A stretch of DNA of 63,735 nucleotides, the filler included, from Octopus bimaculoides (taxonomy: Eukaryota), in assembly GCF_001194135.2 (NCBI RefSeq). It is 6 parts of 6 records of this genome, joined end to end, with 100 filler letters (N's around TTAATTAATTAA, not from the genome) between each part and the next. Parts side by side here need not be neighbours in the genome. Positions count along the whole stretch, not along the records: positions 23,259 to 27,001 come from NC_068998.1; positions 27,102 to 34,498 come from NC_068991.1; positions 34,599 to 41,006 come from NC_068982.1; 3 more parts are not named here. One strand, written 5' to 3'. The notes under the pieces were generated by a model. That model worked only from the letters and a program-made list of their open reading frames with translations, had not been told where the DNA came from and did not search any database. Below are positions 24,461-37,860 of the stretch, one piece after another. How positions within the stretch are numbered: the stretch's first letter is position 1; each line of letters starts with the position of its first letter. A program made the translations under genes and the position numbers.

Positions 24461-25053
24461 TCTTAGTCACTGTTTAAGCATAGATTATAAAGGGAAGCAG
24501 TATTTCTGAATGGTTCTAATATTCACTGCTTTGTTTTCTTTTTAATCTTTTTTGTAACACATTCTCTTAATGTCTGATTGTTGGTGATTTAATCTCACCT
24601 TATTCGTAGCTCTCACGTGACCAGTTATTTAGCATAAAGTCAGGTGATATAGTTAATTAAACTAGCTGAACTATATTAGATTTTGTTGATTCAGTTGTGG
24701 GCATCCTGTCTTATTGGTTTGTCAAAGAATACTAGAAGGTTTGAGCAGTCGTTTTGGTGAATAAAAACATTAAAAAAGTCACAATAAAAGTCACATTTCA
24801 TTAAAGTAGAATAAAGATTTCTAATATAGGCAGAGAACCAGTTTTTTTTCTTTTTTTGATGCTGGGGAAAGTGGGAGTATTTGGATGAAATCTGTGCCAG
24901 GTCGTGTTTGGTAATTCATTATATTAACCCTAGAAAAATCAAAAGTACTATTAATTTCAGTAGGATTTGAACTCAGAACATAAAGAGCTATAACTAAATA
25001 CATTATGGCATTTTGTGAGATGTGTTTTGCTTTATAAATTGTTTGATATAAGT

Positions 25054-25455
25054 ACAGGCATGGATGATGTGGTAAGAAGTTTGCTTCTCAACCACATGTT
25101 TCCGGATTCTGTCCGACTATGTGATGCTTTGGGTGTCTTTTACTGTAGCCTCATGTCAACCAAAACTTTGTGAGTGAATTTTGTTGATAGAAACTGAAAG
25201 AAGCCTGTTGTATACATGTGTGTGTGTGTGAGTGTCTTTGTGTTTGTGATTTTCTGTCACCACTGCTTGACATCCGTTGCTAGTGTGTTTACGTTCGCAT
25301 AACTTTGTAGTTTGGCAAAAGCACTGAACAGAGTGAAGTGCCAGGCTTAAAATAGTAAGGATTAAAGTTGCTTTGTTCAGCTAGAATTCCTCCAGGTGTT
25401 GCCCTAGCATGGCTGCAGACAGATGACTGAAACAAAAACAAAAAAAAGATAAAAG
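25054..25455 (+). mobile_element. SINE family A
   Basis: Near full length, diverged. Confidence 0.8.
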
Positions 25456-27516
25456 ATATCTTAGGTTGTGTCATGCTGATGATTTCTAAAAAAAGAATGA
25501 AATAGTGCTTAAAAGTGCTACCATTGATCTTAAATTTTCAGAAATTTGTAATAAGTAAGCAACAACAGCAACAAAAATTAAAAAATAAATTTATTGTTTA
25601 TATTGTCTGAATCTTTTTTTTTTATTCCTTAAATTTAAATTCAAACTTCTTATCCACTAAATATTATGAAGAAATAATTATCTCCCTTAGATTAACTGTC
25701 CACTAAGGAATACCAAATAATTAAGAGATATGGTCAATTTATTATGGAGAAAACATGACTTTCACGCAATGACCATGTCAACACAATTTTCTTTTGTGCC
25801 ATAAAACCTTTACTGTTTCTGTGGTTCTCCTCTTCTCTTGATGTCCTAAGCACATGCTTATTTTCCTCAACGGTTAATTCAACATTGGTATGCCAGGTGA
25901 AATTCTTAGTGGTATTTCATCTGTCTTTACATTCTGAGGTCAAATTCCGCTGAGGTCAACTTTGCCTTTCATCCTTTCAGGCTCGATAAATTAAGTACCA
26001 GTTGCACACTGGGGCCAATCTAATCACCTGGCCCCAATCTCCAAAAATTTCAGGCCTTGTGCCTAGAGTGGAAAAGAATAAAAATCTTTAGATTGATATG
26101 AAATATGAAAATAATGGAAGGAAACATTTAGGTGTGATGGCCATGTTATTTCCGAGGAATTAGCAATGTAGATGATGTTCCAACCGAGAATCATAATCTT
26201 GGCTTCTGTTTTCAAAGATTATTCTACAGCAGGAAAGTAATCCCAGCTATCTATTCTGTTCCTTCATCCTTCTCAACAATGATAATATATTGAAATTACC
26301 ATCATCTTTAATTGGAAAATATCAAAGTTTTATAGTGTTGTTGCTTTAGTTCGTTCTTTTCACAGAAAATTATATCAAGTTAAAGTATTGTAATTATATT
26401 TAGGTAAGTTTGTACGAAAGAGTGTAGTTGTGTGTGTTTTAAGCATGTATATTCTGGCTGTATGTGTGAGTGTGTATGTGTGTATGCATGTATGTGCATA
26501 TGTGTGTGCGTATGTGCACGACTGTCTGTCTTGTATATGTATAAAAGCAAATAAATTAGTGGGCAATTTTGCTGTCAAAATTTAGATTTAATTTGTCTTT
26601 CCTGTAACATCTAAATGGTGGACAAGCAACAAACAAACAAACACAAAATGATTATATATATTTTTGGAGCCTGTGTGTATGCACGTGTGTGCGTGTGTGT
26701 GTGTGTGTGCATGTGCGGGGTACAGGGTAGGGAGAGAAGTTATTATCTGACAGAGAAAAATAGCTGGAGGTAGGGTGTAATAAGCATAAAATTATGTTAA
26801 ACAGTGCCAAATAAATTGTAGGTAAACATATAAACATTGTTTTTTTTCTTTCTTTTTTTTTTATATTATATTTTATTTTGCCGGGAGGTGTGCAGAAGCA
26901 AGGAAATGGTGGATTGTGAAAATAAGTAAATAAATAAAATAAATAAAAACACCATCACTGTTGTCGTCATCACTGTCATCATCGCCGTAGTCATCATCAT
27001 CNNNNNNNNNNNNNNNNNNNNNNNNNNNNNNNNNNNNNNNNNNNNTTAATTAATTAANNNNNNNNNNNNNNNNNNNNNNNNNNNNNNNNNNNNNNNNNNN
27101 NTATATATATATATATATTTATATGGTGGTTGTCGTCTCCTTACACAAAGTTTGGCCACCTCCTGTACCTACATCTTAGCACCATCATGGTGTCTGCTGA
27201 TGTGGCTTTTTAACCTAGACAATTTTCTGAAAAGGCACTCACATAGATTGCTCCTCTAGTTTGGACCACCAAGACCTGCAGATAAGTTCTGATCTTTGTG
27301 GATCTTAAAATGTATTTTGTGTCCTCCGTTGGATTTGCAAACCTGGCATACACTGCATTCAAAGTTGTGCACAGAATAGTTGGTGGAGGTTCGTTTGTGT
27401 GTGTGTTTGTATTTGTGCCTCCCACTGCTGCTTGTTGACAATAGGCCTTGATATGTTTACGTCCACATAACTCAGCCATACGGCAAAAGAAACCGATAGA
27501 ATGAGTAACACGCTTA

Positions 27517-27574
<58 letters not shown>

Positions 27575-27577
<3 letters not shown>

Positions 27578-27915
27578 CAAATGACATGAATGTTGTGAGT
27601 AAAGAGGTTGAAAAAAATCGCCAAGTACTCGGAATTGAAAGTGGAAATGGCAAGACTGTATGGAATGCGAGAGGGGATGTAAAAGTGATACCAGTGGTGA
27701 TCGGAGCGTTGGGCTCAATCCCATTGAATCTTCAAGACTTCTTAAGGCAACTGGAAATCCCATGCAAGATTGATGTCTTGCAAAAAAGCAGCCTTATTCG
27801 GCACAACGCACATCTTAAGGAAAGTATTATCTGTTTGAGGTCCTTGTGACTTGACAGATGACTAATGACTCTGGTGCATTCTACCTACATTGTGTTTCGA
27901 AGGAATGATAATAAT
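27575..27915 (+). mobile_element. R4/Dong-like 3' fragment, different family
   Basis: VKVIPVVIGALGSIP...LQKS..GTTHILRKVL (frameshifted), ending in gataataataa. Confidence 0.7.
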
Positions 27916-28443
27916 AACGGTTACAAATTTTGACCCAAAGTCAACCATTTTGGGGGAAGGGGTAAATCGATTATATAATACCCCAGTGTTTCACTGGAAC
28001 TTCATTTATCGACCCTGAAAGTATGAAAGGCAAAGACGAACTCGGTGGAATTTGAACTCAGAACGTAGCGACAGCGTGTTAACGATTCTGCCAGCTCGCC
28101 ACCTTATATAATAATAACAACAACAACAATAATAACGAACTGATAATTGAAAAATAACTAATAATAAAGGTTGCTAATGGTGTTTGGAGCGATGGCGATG
28201 AAAGGTGGAAAATATATAAATTATAATAAGTTAAAAATATAAAGATAAATGAGTTGAGATAAAAAGATGTGTAGAGACAGTGTTGCAATGGTGACAGTGT
28301 TCGAAGCGAGGAAGTTATGAGAAGCAGAAGGTGATGATGAGAAGACTTAAAAGATTAGACTGATGAATGGCACCCGACGGCCATGTTTGCAAATAAAAGC
28401 CAAGGAGTTCACAGCCTGCCATCAATGTGTATGCAAGTTTGCG

Positions 28444-28484
<41 letters not shown>

Positions 28485-29086
28485 TTCACAATACGAGTGC
28501 ACCATTGTACGCAATACCTTGCAGTACNNNNNNNNNNNNNNNNNNNNNNNNNNNNNNNNNNNNNNNNNNNNNNNNNNNNNNNNNNNNNNNNNNNNNNNNN
28601 NNNNNNNNNNNNNNNNNNNNNNNNNNNNNNNNNNNNNNNNNNNNNNNNNNNNNNNNNNNNNNNNNNNNNNNNNNNNNNNNNNNNNNNNNNNNNNNNNNNN
28701 NNNNNNNNNNNNNNNNNNNNNNNNNNNNNNNNNNNNNNNNNNNNNNNNNNNNNNNNNNNNNNNNNNNNNNNNNNNNNNNNNNNNNNNNNNNNNNNNNNNN
28801 NNNNNNNNNNNNNNNNNNNNNNNNNNNNNNNNNNNNNNNNNNNNNNNNNNNNNNNNNNNNNNNNNNNNNNNNNNNNNNNNNNNNNNNNNNNNNNNNNNNN
28901 NNNNNNNNNNNNNNNNNNNNNNNNNNNNNNNNNNNNNNNNNNNNNNNNNNNNNNNNNNNNNNNNNNNNNNNNNNNNNNNNNNNNNNNNNNNNNNNNNNNN
29001 NNNNNNNNNNNNNNNNNNNNNNNNNNNNNNNNNNNNNNNNNNNNNATAACATACACACATACATGTATACAGACACACACACATAG

Positions 29087-29133
<47 letters not shown>

Positions 29134-29134
29134 A

Positions 29135-29285
29135 GGGGCATCTTCCATTTTCCGCCTACCAAATCCACTCACAAGGCTTTGGTTGGCCCGAGACTATAGT
29201 AGAAAACTCTTGTCCAAGGTGTCACCTAGTGGGACTGAACCCGAGACCATGTGTTTGGGAAACAAGCTTCTTACCTCACAACAAC
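29135..29285 (-). mobile_element. SINE family A, 5' half
   Basis: ttccgcctaccaaatccactcacaaggctttgg...gggactgaaccc. Confidence 0.8.
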
Positions 29286-30380
29286 GCCTGGGCTGAAAAG
29301 TTCGTAGTCTGATTACGAAGGAGCGATGCTAGAGCTGTGAAATTTTGCATGCATTGATTTCAACCCTTTTTTTTTTATTAATAACCGCATTGGTTCTTTT
29401 CAGAACCTTTCAGAAACCTATATTTGACTGTTCGGAGAAGACTTCAAAAATAACTAGGAGACATTTCTCTTGAGAATGAACAAAATTTGGCATCGCGGTG
29501 GCGGACATGATGGCTGACATTAGCAGATGACACTCCAGCTTTATAAACTGTTCAAAAGTGAGCAGCCATATTCAGTAAGTGAAAGGAGAGTTTTGAAGAT
29601 GACACAGGGTCTGGATATCCTGTGATAGCCACCGCCGAGGAAAACATCGATCGTGTTCATCATATGATGATGGATGACAGGCAATTGATTATAAATCAAA
29701 TAGTCAATGCTGTTAGTATATCTCGTGTGAGAGTTGAGAATATTCTGCACAATGAACTTGGCATGGTGAACGTTTCTGCTCGGTGGGGGCCACATCTGAG
29801 ATCTGATCAAAAGCGTACCAAGCTAATCACATCACGGGAACATCTGACATTGTTTCAGATTGATGCAAATGGTTTCCTCGAACGTTTCCTAAGGCAGGAT
29901 ATTTGTTGGTTTCATCGCTTTGAGCCGATGACAATCCATGCAGTGCAAACACTCCTCTTCACCTACTCCAAAGAAGGCCAAGGTCGTTTCATCTGCAGGG
30001 AAGTGATTTCCTGTAAAAGACATTGTGTTTATCTTCAAATGGGTCACACCATCGATGGGGAGTACCATGCAAACACGCTGAGACAGTTACGAAAGGTCAT
30101 CAAGATCAAACGGCTCGGAAGACTGACGAAAGGGGTCTTGTTGCATCAGGACAATGTTCCTCGCTTCCAATGGTCGCTGTGCATGACTGCGGCTTTGAAC
30201 TATTTAGTTACCGTCCTTATTTTCCTGATTTGGTCCCATCTGGCTATCATTTGTTCCTCAACATGAAAAAAAAAAACCCACTTGGCAAGGAACCAGTATT
30301 GTCGTGATGACGACGTCATATCTTCTGTCGATGACTTTTTGAACAAAATGAAAGCTTCTTCACCAATGGGATCCAAGCAT
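29286..30380 (+). mobile_element. Mariner transposon pseudogene, right end missing
   Basis: Left TIR-like gggctgaaaagttcgtagtctga. HTH region then VSARWGPHL, QDICWFHRFEP, LLHQDN, and frameshifted PYFPDLVPSGYHLF (third catalytic D changed to G). Confidence 0.9.
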
Positions 30381-32195
30381 GTGTACTCACATTTTATACA
30401 ATTTTATTTGGTAGAAATCAAAAAAATTGATGGAACGGTAGATAGTCTCGTGAAACGGAGAAGTGGAAAGCACAACAATGTCAACTCTTCAGCCACTTTT
30501 GTAGCTTTATACCGATTAAAAAGAATAAAATACGTAAATATACTCCAGTACTGAGTCCAGTCTCGCCTATTTATTCTTGCAAACACACAAAGACATGCAC
30601 GAATATATGTTTAAATTACTCAGTCTTCAGGCTTTGCACTCCGAACCTAGGCTCTGAGTATTCTAACATCTGATATAACAGGGATATCTAACCACTCAAA
30701 CCAACCAACTGAATTCTATATCAGACAATGTTTATTCTATGTAAATAAATGTATTTTGATATATATAACTTTTCTTACATTACTATATATATATACATAC
30801 ATATATGTGTGTGTTTGCGCGCGCGTGTGAGTATTTGTATGTATGAACATATATAATAATAACAACAATAGCAACAACAACAATAATAATAATGATAGTA
30901 ATAATGATAATATATATACATACATATGTGTACACACATACATACAAGCATATGTGCGCTCATATATCCACAAACGCTGTTAACTTCGGCACGTTTACAC
31001 GACCACACATATTTATGTAGCTTCACATTGATACACACTCCAATATTTTGTGTACATATAAATGTATGTATGTATGTATTTATGTATATACATATATATA
31101 TATAGAATACATATGTAGGTATATTTATCAAGGTGTGTTGATATCTGTGTGCATATTTGTTATACAAACACACAGAGCAACCTCTTATATTTGTATGTAT
31201 GAAAGCGTGCGTTAGGTGTGTGGCGCGTGCGCCTCTGTGAGTTTATTTCTAAGAGAGAACCTCCATGATTTTAATCTCAACCCAGAGCTCTCGGGAACCA
31301 CTCATCAATCTACCTCATTCCTTGAATTCTCTTATCACCATCTTTTATACTTCGTTCTACCCATTTTTTGCCCTTACCGCATTCACCGCCATCTTCCTAT
31401 CTACCCTTCTATCTTTACACATTAATCTTTATTATTTAATTTTGTTTATATTTTTGTTTTCTAAATTCCATTTTTATCTTTTATCTTGTTTTTATATTTT
31501 ACCATTCATCATCATAACTGACAACATTAGCATACCTTACTTGTTTTTGTTTTTTTGAAAAAATCTTTATGATTTCATAAGAATTTATAAACAACCGAGT
31601 GCACGCGGGATAATTCTTTCTTCGGAATTGATTCTCGAAACACATTCGAAGCTATAAAAGATAGCATGGAAATATTGAGTTGAAAATTCCTTTTGGATTA
31701 AAACAGCCGAAAACTGCTCGTGGTACAGTGGTAGACTGCCTGTCATATGTGCAGTTGATGTAGGTCCGGATCCCATGGACTGCCTTCGACTTTTTTCTAT
31801 CCAAAAGCATTTTTCAACCCGATGCTATTAATTATATTTCTATATCTAATTCAAGAGCCAATTCCAAAATTACTTTTTTTCATTCTCATTGTTATTTGAT
31901 ATTTTGCTTTTCCGAGTTTTATTGCTATTACTCGTCTGAAAAAAATGCCTTGTGGTGTATGTTCTCGCACTTTCTATTCTGACGTTCAAATCCCGTTGAG
32001 CTCAACTTTATCCTTCAGCGTTTCGGGGTCGATAAAATAAAATACCAGTCATGAGCTAGAGTCGATGGTATCGACTCCTCTCCCTACAATTAAGATTGCG
32101 TGTTTTAAAATTTGAAACAAATTAGCGGCGCACTGGCAGAATCTGTGGCTCGTTGAACAAAATACACCGTTTCTTCCAACTCTTCACGCTCTGAC

Positions 32196-32510
32196 GAAAA
32201 ACAGTGAAAATATAATTCCTTAAAATTTGAAATTGCAAGAATTTGGAATATGAAAACTCTGAAGGTCGTGCCTATAATAATTGGTGCATTGGCAACTGTA
32301 AGCAAAGGTATAGACAAATGGTTTAAGGAGATTGGAATAGAATGTTCTGAAGAGAGTCTACCGAAAGGTTGCCTCTTAGGGACAGGAAAGATTATCAGGA
32401 GGGTTCTAAGCACCTGAAACACTATTGAAAGCTTGGGGATACCTAAAGTTACAGGTAGTAACCCGCTACCAACATAAACCCTACCAGAAGTAAGTACGAA
32501 CCTGAGTCGT

Positions 32511-32541
<31 letters not shown>

Positions 32542-32885
32542 TGATAATAATAATAATAATAATAATAAACACTTTCAATACAGTAACCATAAGAGCATCA
32601 CAGCAAACCACAGCACATACCCAAGGCACACAGAGCTACGCTCGGTAGTGAAGTGAAAGCACGTTATAAAAATAAAATAATAATAATAATGGAAAAGAAC
32701 ATCACAAAATACTGTGGAATTTTAACATACAGTGCGACCAAGCCATAGAAGCGAGACGGCCAGATATCGTGCTCATCCATAAAGATGAAAAAAAATCAAA
32801 GATAATAGATATTGCAATACCAGGAGATTGGAGAGTAAAATTTAAGGAAACAGAAAAGATTGAGAAAGAAACATTTGAACAAAAA
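32196..32885 (+). mobile_element. Stack of three R4/Dong-like fragments separated by (TAA)n
   Basis: 32196-32510 KVVPIIIGALATV...CLLGTGKIIRRVL; 32569-32670 3' UTR matching the 5290-5440 copy; 32691-32880 KILWNFNIQCDQAIEARRPDIVLIHK...IIDIAIPGD. Confidence 0.8.
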
Positions 32886-32939
32886 ACATAGAAGCTATAC
32901 CTGGACGTTCGACACTACACATTATCCTAAAAATAGCCC

Positions 32940-33520
32940 TGCTTGGAACAAATGCTTGATATGTTTGAGGGTTATGGTTGGTGTGACACGGGTGGACAGG
33001 ATGAGGAATGAGGAGGTGCGAAAGCGAGCAGGAATGAGAGAAAATCTAACAACCAGAAATGATAGACGAATGTTGAGGTGGTTTAGCCACATGGAGAGGA
33101 TGAATGAGGAGCGGATGGTAAGGAGGATGATGAAAGAAGTAGTGGTAGGCAGCAGAACCAGGGGCAAACCTCGGTTTGTGTGGATGGATGGATGGAGTGA
33201 GGAAAGCGCTGGTGGTTAGAAGTGTTGAAGTGAGAGAGGCAAGAGAATTTATTAATGATAGGAAAGCTTAGAGAGTGTTTGTGGATGGATGAGTGAATTG
33301 ATGTTGCTCAAAGGGGTACAAAACCAGCATGATGCGATGGGGGTAAACCAATATATGCTGTCGGGCCTCGCTACTGGTATTGGGAGGTTGCGTTCTATGC
33401 TTTGACCCTAGCATAGGACGGAGCTCGCCTCTTTGAGCTGGGAAATGAATGGAATGTTTGGTGTGCGTCTTGGTGTGGCTACCCCTCCTAAAATATGGGG
33501 AATAGACCTCGGTATATATA
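32940..33520 (+). mobile_element. RTE LINE 3' fragment, another family
   Basis: CLRVMVGVTRVDRMRNEEVRKRAG...MLRWFSHMERMNEERMVRR...GSRTRGKPR. Confidence 0.8.
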
Positions 33521-36164
33521 TACACATACATATACATACAAACACACACATATATACACACAGACGCGCGCGCACACACACGCATACATACATATATATA
33601 TATATGAATAGCCCACATCCTACGCAAGACACTATCAATTCAATGATACAACCCACACAAAACAATCCTAATAACGAGCAGAAGTAGTGGGGGGGGGGGC
33701 AGCCATCATAGCCATGCGTCGAGAGGGATTCTTTGGGATTTCATTCATCATTTTTAAACAACCCTTATTCAGGGACCTTTTGAGTGGGTTTGGTTACTCG
33801 ACCTGAAGAGGTTTCTGACTGCAAAGAATTTATCCGATGTTCTGACAAGGTACAAAACACACTATTGTAACAAGAAGGTGTTAGTTAATATCATGGGCCC
33901 AATACTATTACAAGTACTTTAATTTGAACTCAGACGATAAAGGGCCGAATAGATACCGCTAGGCACTTTTCCGACATTCTATCGATTCTTCTAATCCTTT
34001 GACCTCGGAGATATTACTACATATTATGATGCATTTAGTCCAAAGTTCTGACATTTCTGTCGCTCTTTTGGTTTTATATAAAAAAAACAGTAAAGATAGC
34101 GTTAAATAACATTACAATCTCTGGAATTACCATTATGTTCAGACAAAAAAAAAAAAGAAAACGGAAAGAAAATTAACCCGGAGCAATACTGGACGCGATT
34201 TCTGACATTAAAAGTCTCATCAATCAAAAAATAATGTAGATTTGCCATCGTATGATGGTCAAGCCATGATGATTGACCTCCTCCTCCTCCTCTTCCTCCC
34301 CCTCCTACTCCTCCTCCTCATCATCATTATGGTACAATGTAGCTTCCAGGCTAAGTGTCTCGTTACATATAGCGATGATGATTAAAATGAATATTGTAAA
34401 GATAATGGCGATGATGATGATTATGAAAACATTTGACCCCCACCATTTTATATACACATACACATTATATACATACATACATACATATATATATATATNN
34501 NNNNNNNNNNNNNNNNNNNNNNNNNNNNNNNNNNNNNNNNNNTTAATTAATTAANNNNNNNNNNNNNNNNNNNNNNNNNNNNNNNNNNNNNNNNNNNNAA
34601 ACAACCTGATAGCAATATAAGATTCATTATGATCTATTTTAAATAAGATCACAGCACTGGAAAAAGTACCATGTGATATTTGTTCCAGCCCTTTACATTC
34701 TTAGTTCAAATCCTATTGAAGTTAACTTTCCCTATTATTCCACCGAGATTAATAAAATGAAGTACCACTCAAATACTGGCATCAATGTAATCAATTAACC
34801 CCATCCCTAAAAAATTGCTGGCCTTGTATCTCAGATTAAAAACAAACAATATTAATATGCAATACAAGTCCTAAGAAATATAAGTCAACCTTATAATTAT
34901 CAAGTGCAAGTCTTTAGTTTCCTGATTATCCAAAGATCTTTAGTGGTATACTGGCATGACATTGCACCAAACTCAGTGGTATGGAGGTATCCATGTAATA
35001 TTCCACTAAATTTAGGTTGTATAAGTGTTCTATCATAAAAGGAAGTTGAAACACCATACAATGATAAATAGAATTTATTTGGGATAGAGCATACAAATAC
35101 AGTTTTTCATGTGATGTAAGAAATCAAATATTAACACATTGTGGATACTTTGGCCAATAAACGCTAATTGTGAGACAAAATTGTAAGTGTATCAGAAACG
35201 TATGTGCTGTGTCATGTGTGAGGCTTAGTCAGAAAACATATTCAGTTCATAGATTGGACTTATTGTTACAAATTCATGGCAGGTGTCAACGAAGTTCATA
35301 ACACGACAGTCAACTGTCTCTTAAGATGTGGCAGTTAGAGTTAGTTGCTGAACAAATCACCATGATAATGCAGGAAAATGACAGTGGTTTGAAATCTATT
35401 AGGCAAACATCATTAGAATGACGGTAATAAGTAGATTACTAGGCAAACGTCGTTAGGACGATGGTAACTGCATGTGGTCTGTGGCCTGAGTCAAAAGAGA
35501 GAGATCAGTGCTCTTTGGTGTCCAAATGGTGAGAGAGAAAGACCACTATCCACAACAGGAATATGTAGGTATCAGCTGCACCACCACCTGGTGGCATTTA
35601 CCAGCAAAGGGACAAAATGCAGCTATCCTTCTTTGCTACTACAGATCTGATGTGCTATGTTGTGTATATGTTAGTAACACACACAAAACTTAAATAAATA
35701 GGTCAACAATAAACTATTTATCCTAAAAATACTGAATAAATGAAACTTATTTGTAGAAAAATTAATTTTTGGGTTCTATGTATTTGCTAACTGCTTTAAT
35801 CTGAGATGGTGGATTGTAACCAAAGCAAGTCCGTCATTTCAAAGTCATTGTAACCAGTAATAACACTCTCCCATTCTTTTTACTATGGCTTTTGATAACC
35901 ACTTCCTACCTCAAACTTCTTTTATTATGCTATGCCTTTTTTTCTAAATGATTTTCGTGTTTTTATGTTTTGAACATAAGAGATTTAGAATCTGCCCAAA
36001 AAACATTTTGCACCAACATTTTTCAGTTGAATTGTTTTTGACAAATTGTTATGGAATTTACAGTTACAATATATTTTGGGGGCATAAATATATTTCATCT
36101 ATATTTGAAATATTTAAATGTATTTTGTTTGCCTTTGTAATTATATTTCCATTCCTATCATCAT

Positions 36165-36648
36165 CATCATCATCGTTTAACGTCTGCTTTCCATGCTAGC
36201 ATGGGTTGGACGATTTGACTGAGGACTGGTGAACCAGATAAGCTACACCAGGCTCCAATCTGAGTTTGCCCTTCCTAACGCCAACCACTCTGAGAGTGTA
36301 GTGGGTGCTTTTACGTGCCACCGGCACGAAGGCCAGTCAGGCAGTACTGGCAACGGCCACGCTCAAAATGGTGTATTTTACATGCCACCGGCACGAAGGC
36401 CAGTCAGGCGGTACTGGCAACGGCCACGCTCAAAATGGTGTATTTTACGTGCCACCTGCACAGGAGCCAGTCCAGTGGCACTGGCAACGATCTCGTTCAA
36501 ATGTCTTTACACATGCCAACAGCACAAGTGCCAGGAAGGCGACGCTGGGCACAGGTGCCATCATGATTTCGCTTTTGCTTGCCCCAACAGGTCTTCGCAA
36601 GCAGAGTTTAGTGTCCAATGAAGGAGACGAGTTTAGTGTCCAATGAAT
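36165..36648 (-). mobile_element. RTE-derived 3'-UTR repeat with internal ~68-bp tandem unit
   Basis: Same family as 21115. The unit gccaccggcacgaaggccagtcaggc...caaaatggtgtattttac is repeated. Confidence 0.85.
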
Positions 36649-36808
36649 ATATTGAAATTGAAATAACAGCATCTTCAATTTTCAGAAAGCAAAATAACTT
36701 ACTTTCAAGTACAAACAAAAACTATGTGTATACTTTCAATGCAAATTAAATATATTCATACATTCCAGTATGGAAAACGGATATTAAACAATGATGATGA
36801 TGATGATC

Positions 36809-36849
<41 letters not shown>

Positions 36850-36918
36850 CACACACACATACATTNNNNNNNNNNNNNNNNNNNNNNNNNNNNNNNNNNN
36901 NNNNNNNNNNNNNTGATC

Positions 36919-36959
<41 letters not shown>

Positions 36960-37644
36960 CACACACACATACATTCAATGTATTGCTGGTGTAAATCACT
37001 TAACAATTATCTGTTTTTGATCTAGAAAAAAATTGTTTCTTATAGATTTTGAATCTCTCATGTTCAAAATTAAAAGTCTGAAAATGGTATTCGTTGTTTC
37101 TTTTTCATTTTCTAAAAAAAAAATAGCATAACATAAAAGTTGGAGGTAGGTTTAAAAAAATCAATTGTAAAATGAATAAGTACCAAACACTCTCACACAC
37201 TGTGACATTCTTAGTTACTTTATCATTATTTCATAATAACAGTAGTTTCTAATTTAGGCACAAGGCCAGAAGTTTTAAGTGAAGAGACTAGTTGATATCT
37301 GCTATGTTTCAACGCTACTGCTATCTAGCACCTTCGGATGGTCTCTACTCAACCGCTACACAAATGCTACTCAACACTCCTACCACGGCCAGACTACCTC
37401 TATTTATATGTCTTGGGAGATCCTACTTCTTCGCCTGGGGGTGCCGACACAACAATATCAAAGTACTGATTGGTATTTTATTTGAATAATCTGAAAGGCT
37501 AAAAAGCAAAGTTGATCTTGGTAAGATTTGAACATAGAAAATAAAGAGCTAGAAGAAACATCACAAGGCATTATTGTTTTACAGTTCTCTAACAATTCAA
37601 CCAGTTCACTGCTTTATAATTTATAAAACTAGAGGATAAGTTTC

Positions 37645-37860
37645 AGGTGTGGAAGCAAGGATTAGAATTGAAGGGCCTTAGATTCAACTTGGCTAAAACC
37701 AAAGTCCTAATAAGTAGGAATTCAGACAAACCATAAATCCCTTCAGGTAGATGGCCCTGCTCGATCTGTAGAAAAGGCATAGGTAGAAACTCTATAAGAT
37801 GTACCCAGTGTAAGCTATGGACACATAAGAAGTGCAGCAATATCAAAGGAAGGCTAACTC
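37645..37860 (+). mobile_element. RTE RT fragment with Cys/His-rich insert
   Basis: VWKQGLELKGLRFNLAKTKVLISR...GRWPCSICRKGIGRNSIRCTQCKLWTHKKCS, with one stop. Confidence 0.75.

Noticed and set aside
22446-24509. Poly-N/Y/L/E/K/IY ORFs
   Set aside because: Translations of microsatellites.
31715-31780. tRNA-like sequence gctcgtggtacagtggtagactgcc...
   Set aside because: Box-A-like only, no cloverleaf; likely a decayed SINE head. All other tRNA-like motifs are also SINE heads.
36310-36480. Spaced direct repeats resembling a CRISPR array
   Set aside because: Tandem units of the RTE 3' UTR in a eukaryotic genome; no unique spacers or cas genes.
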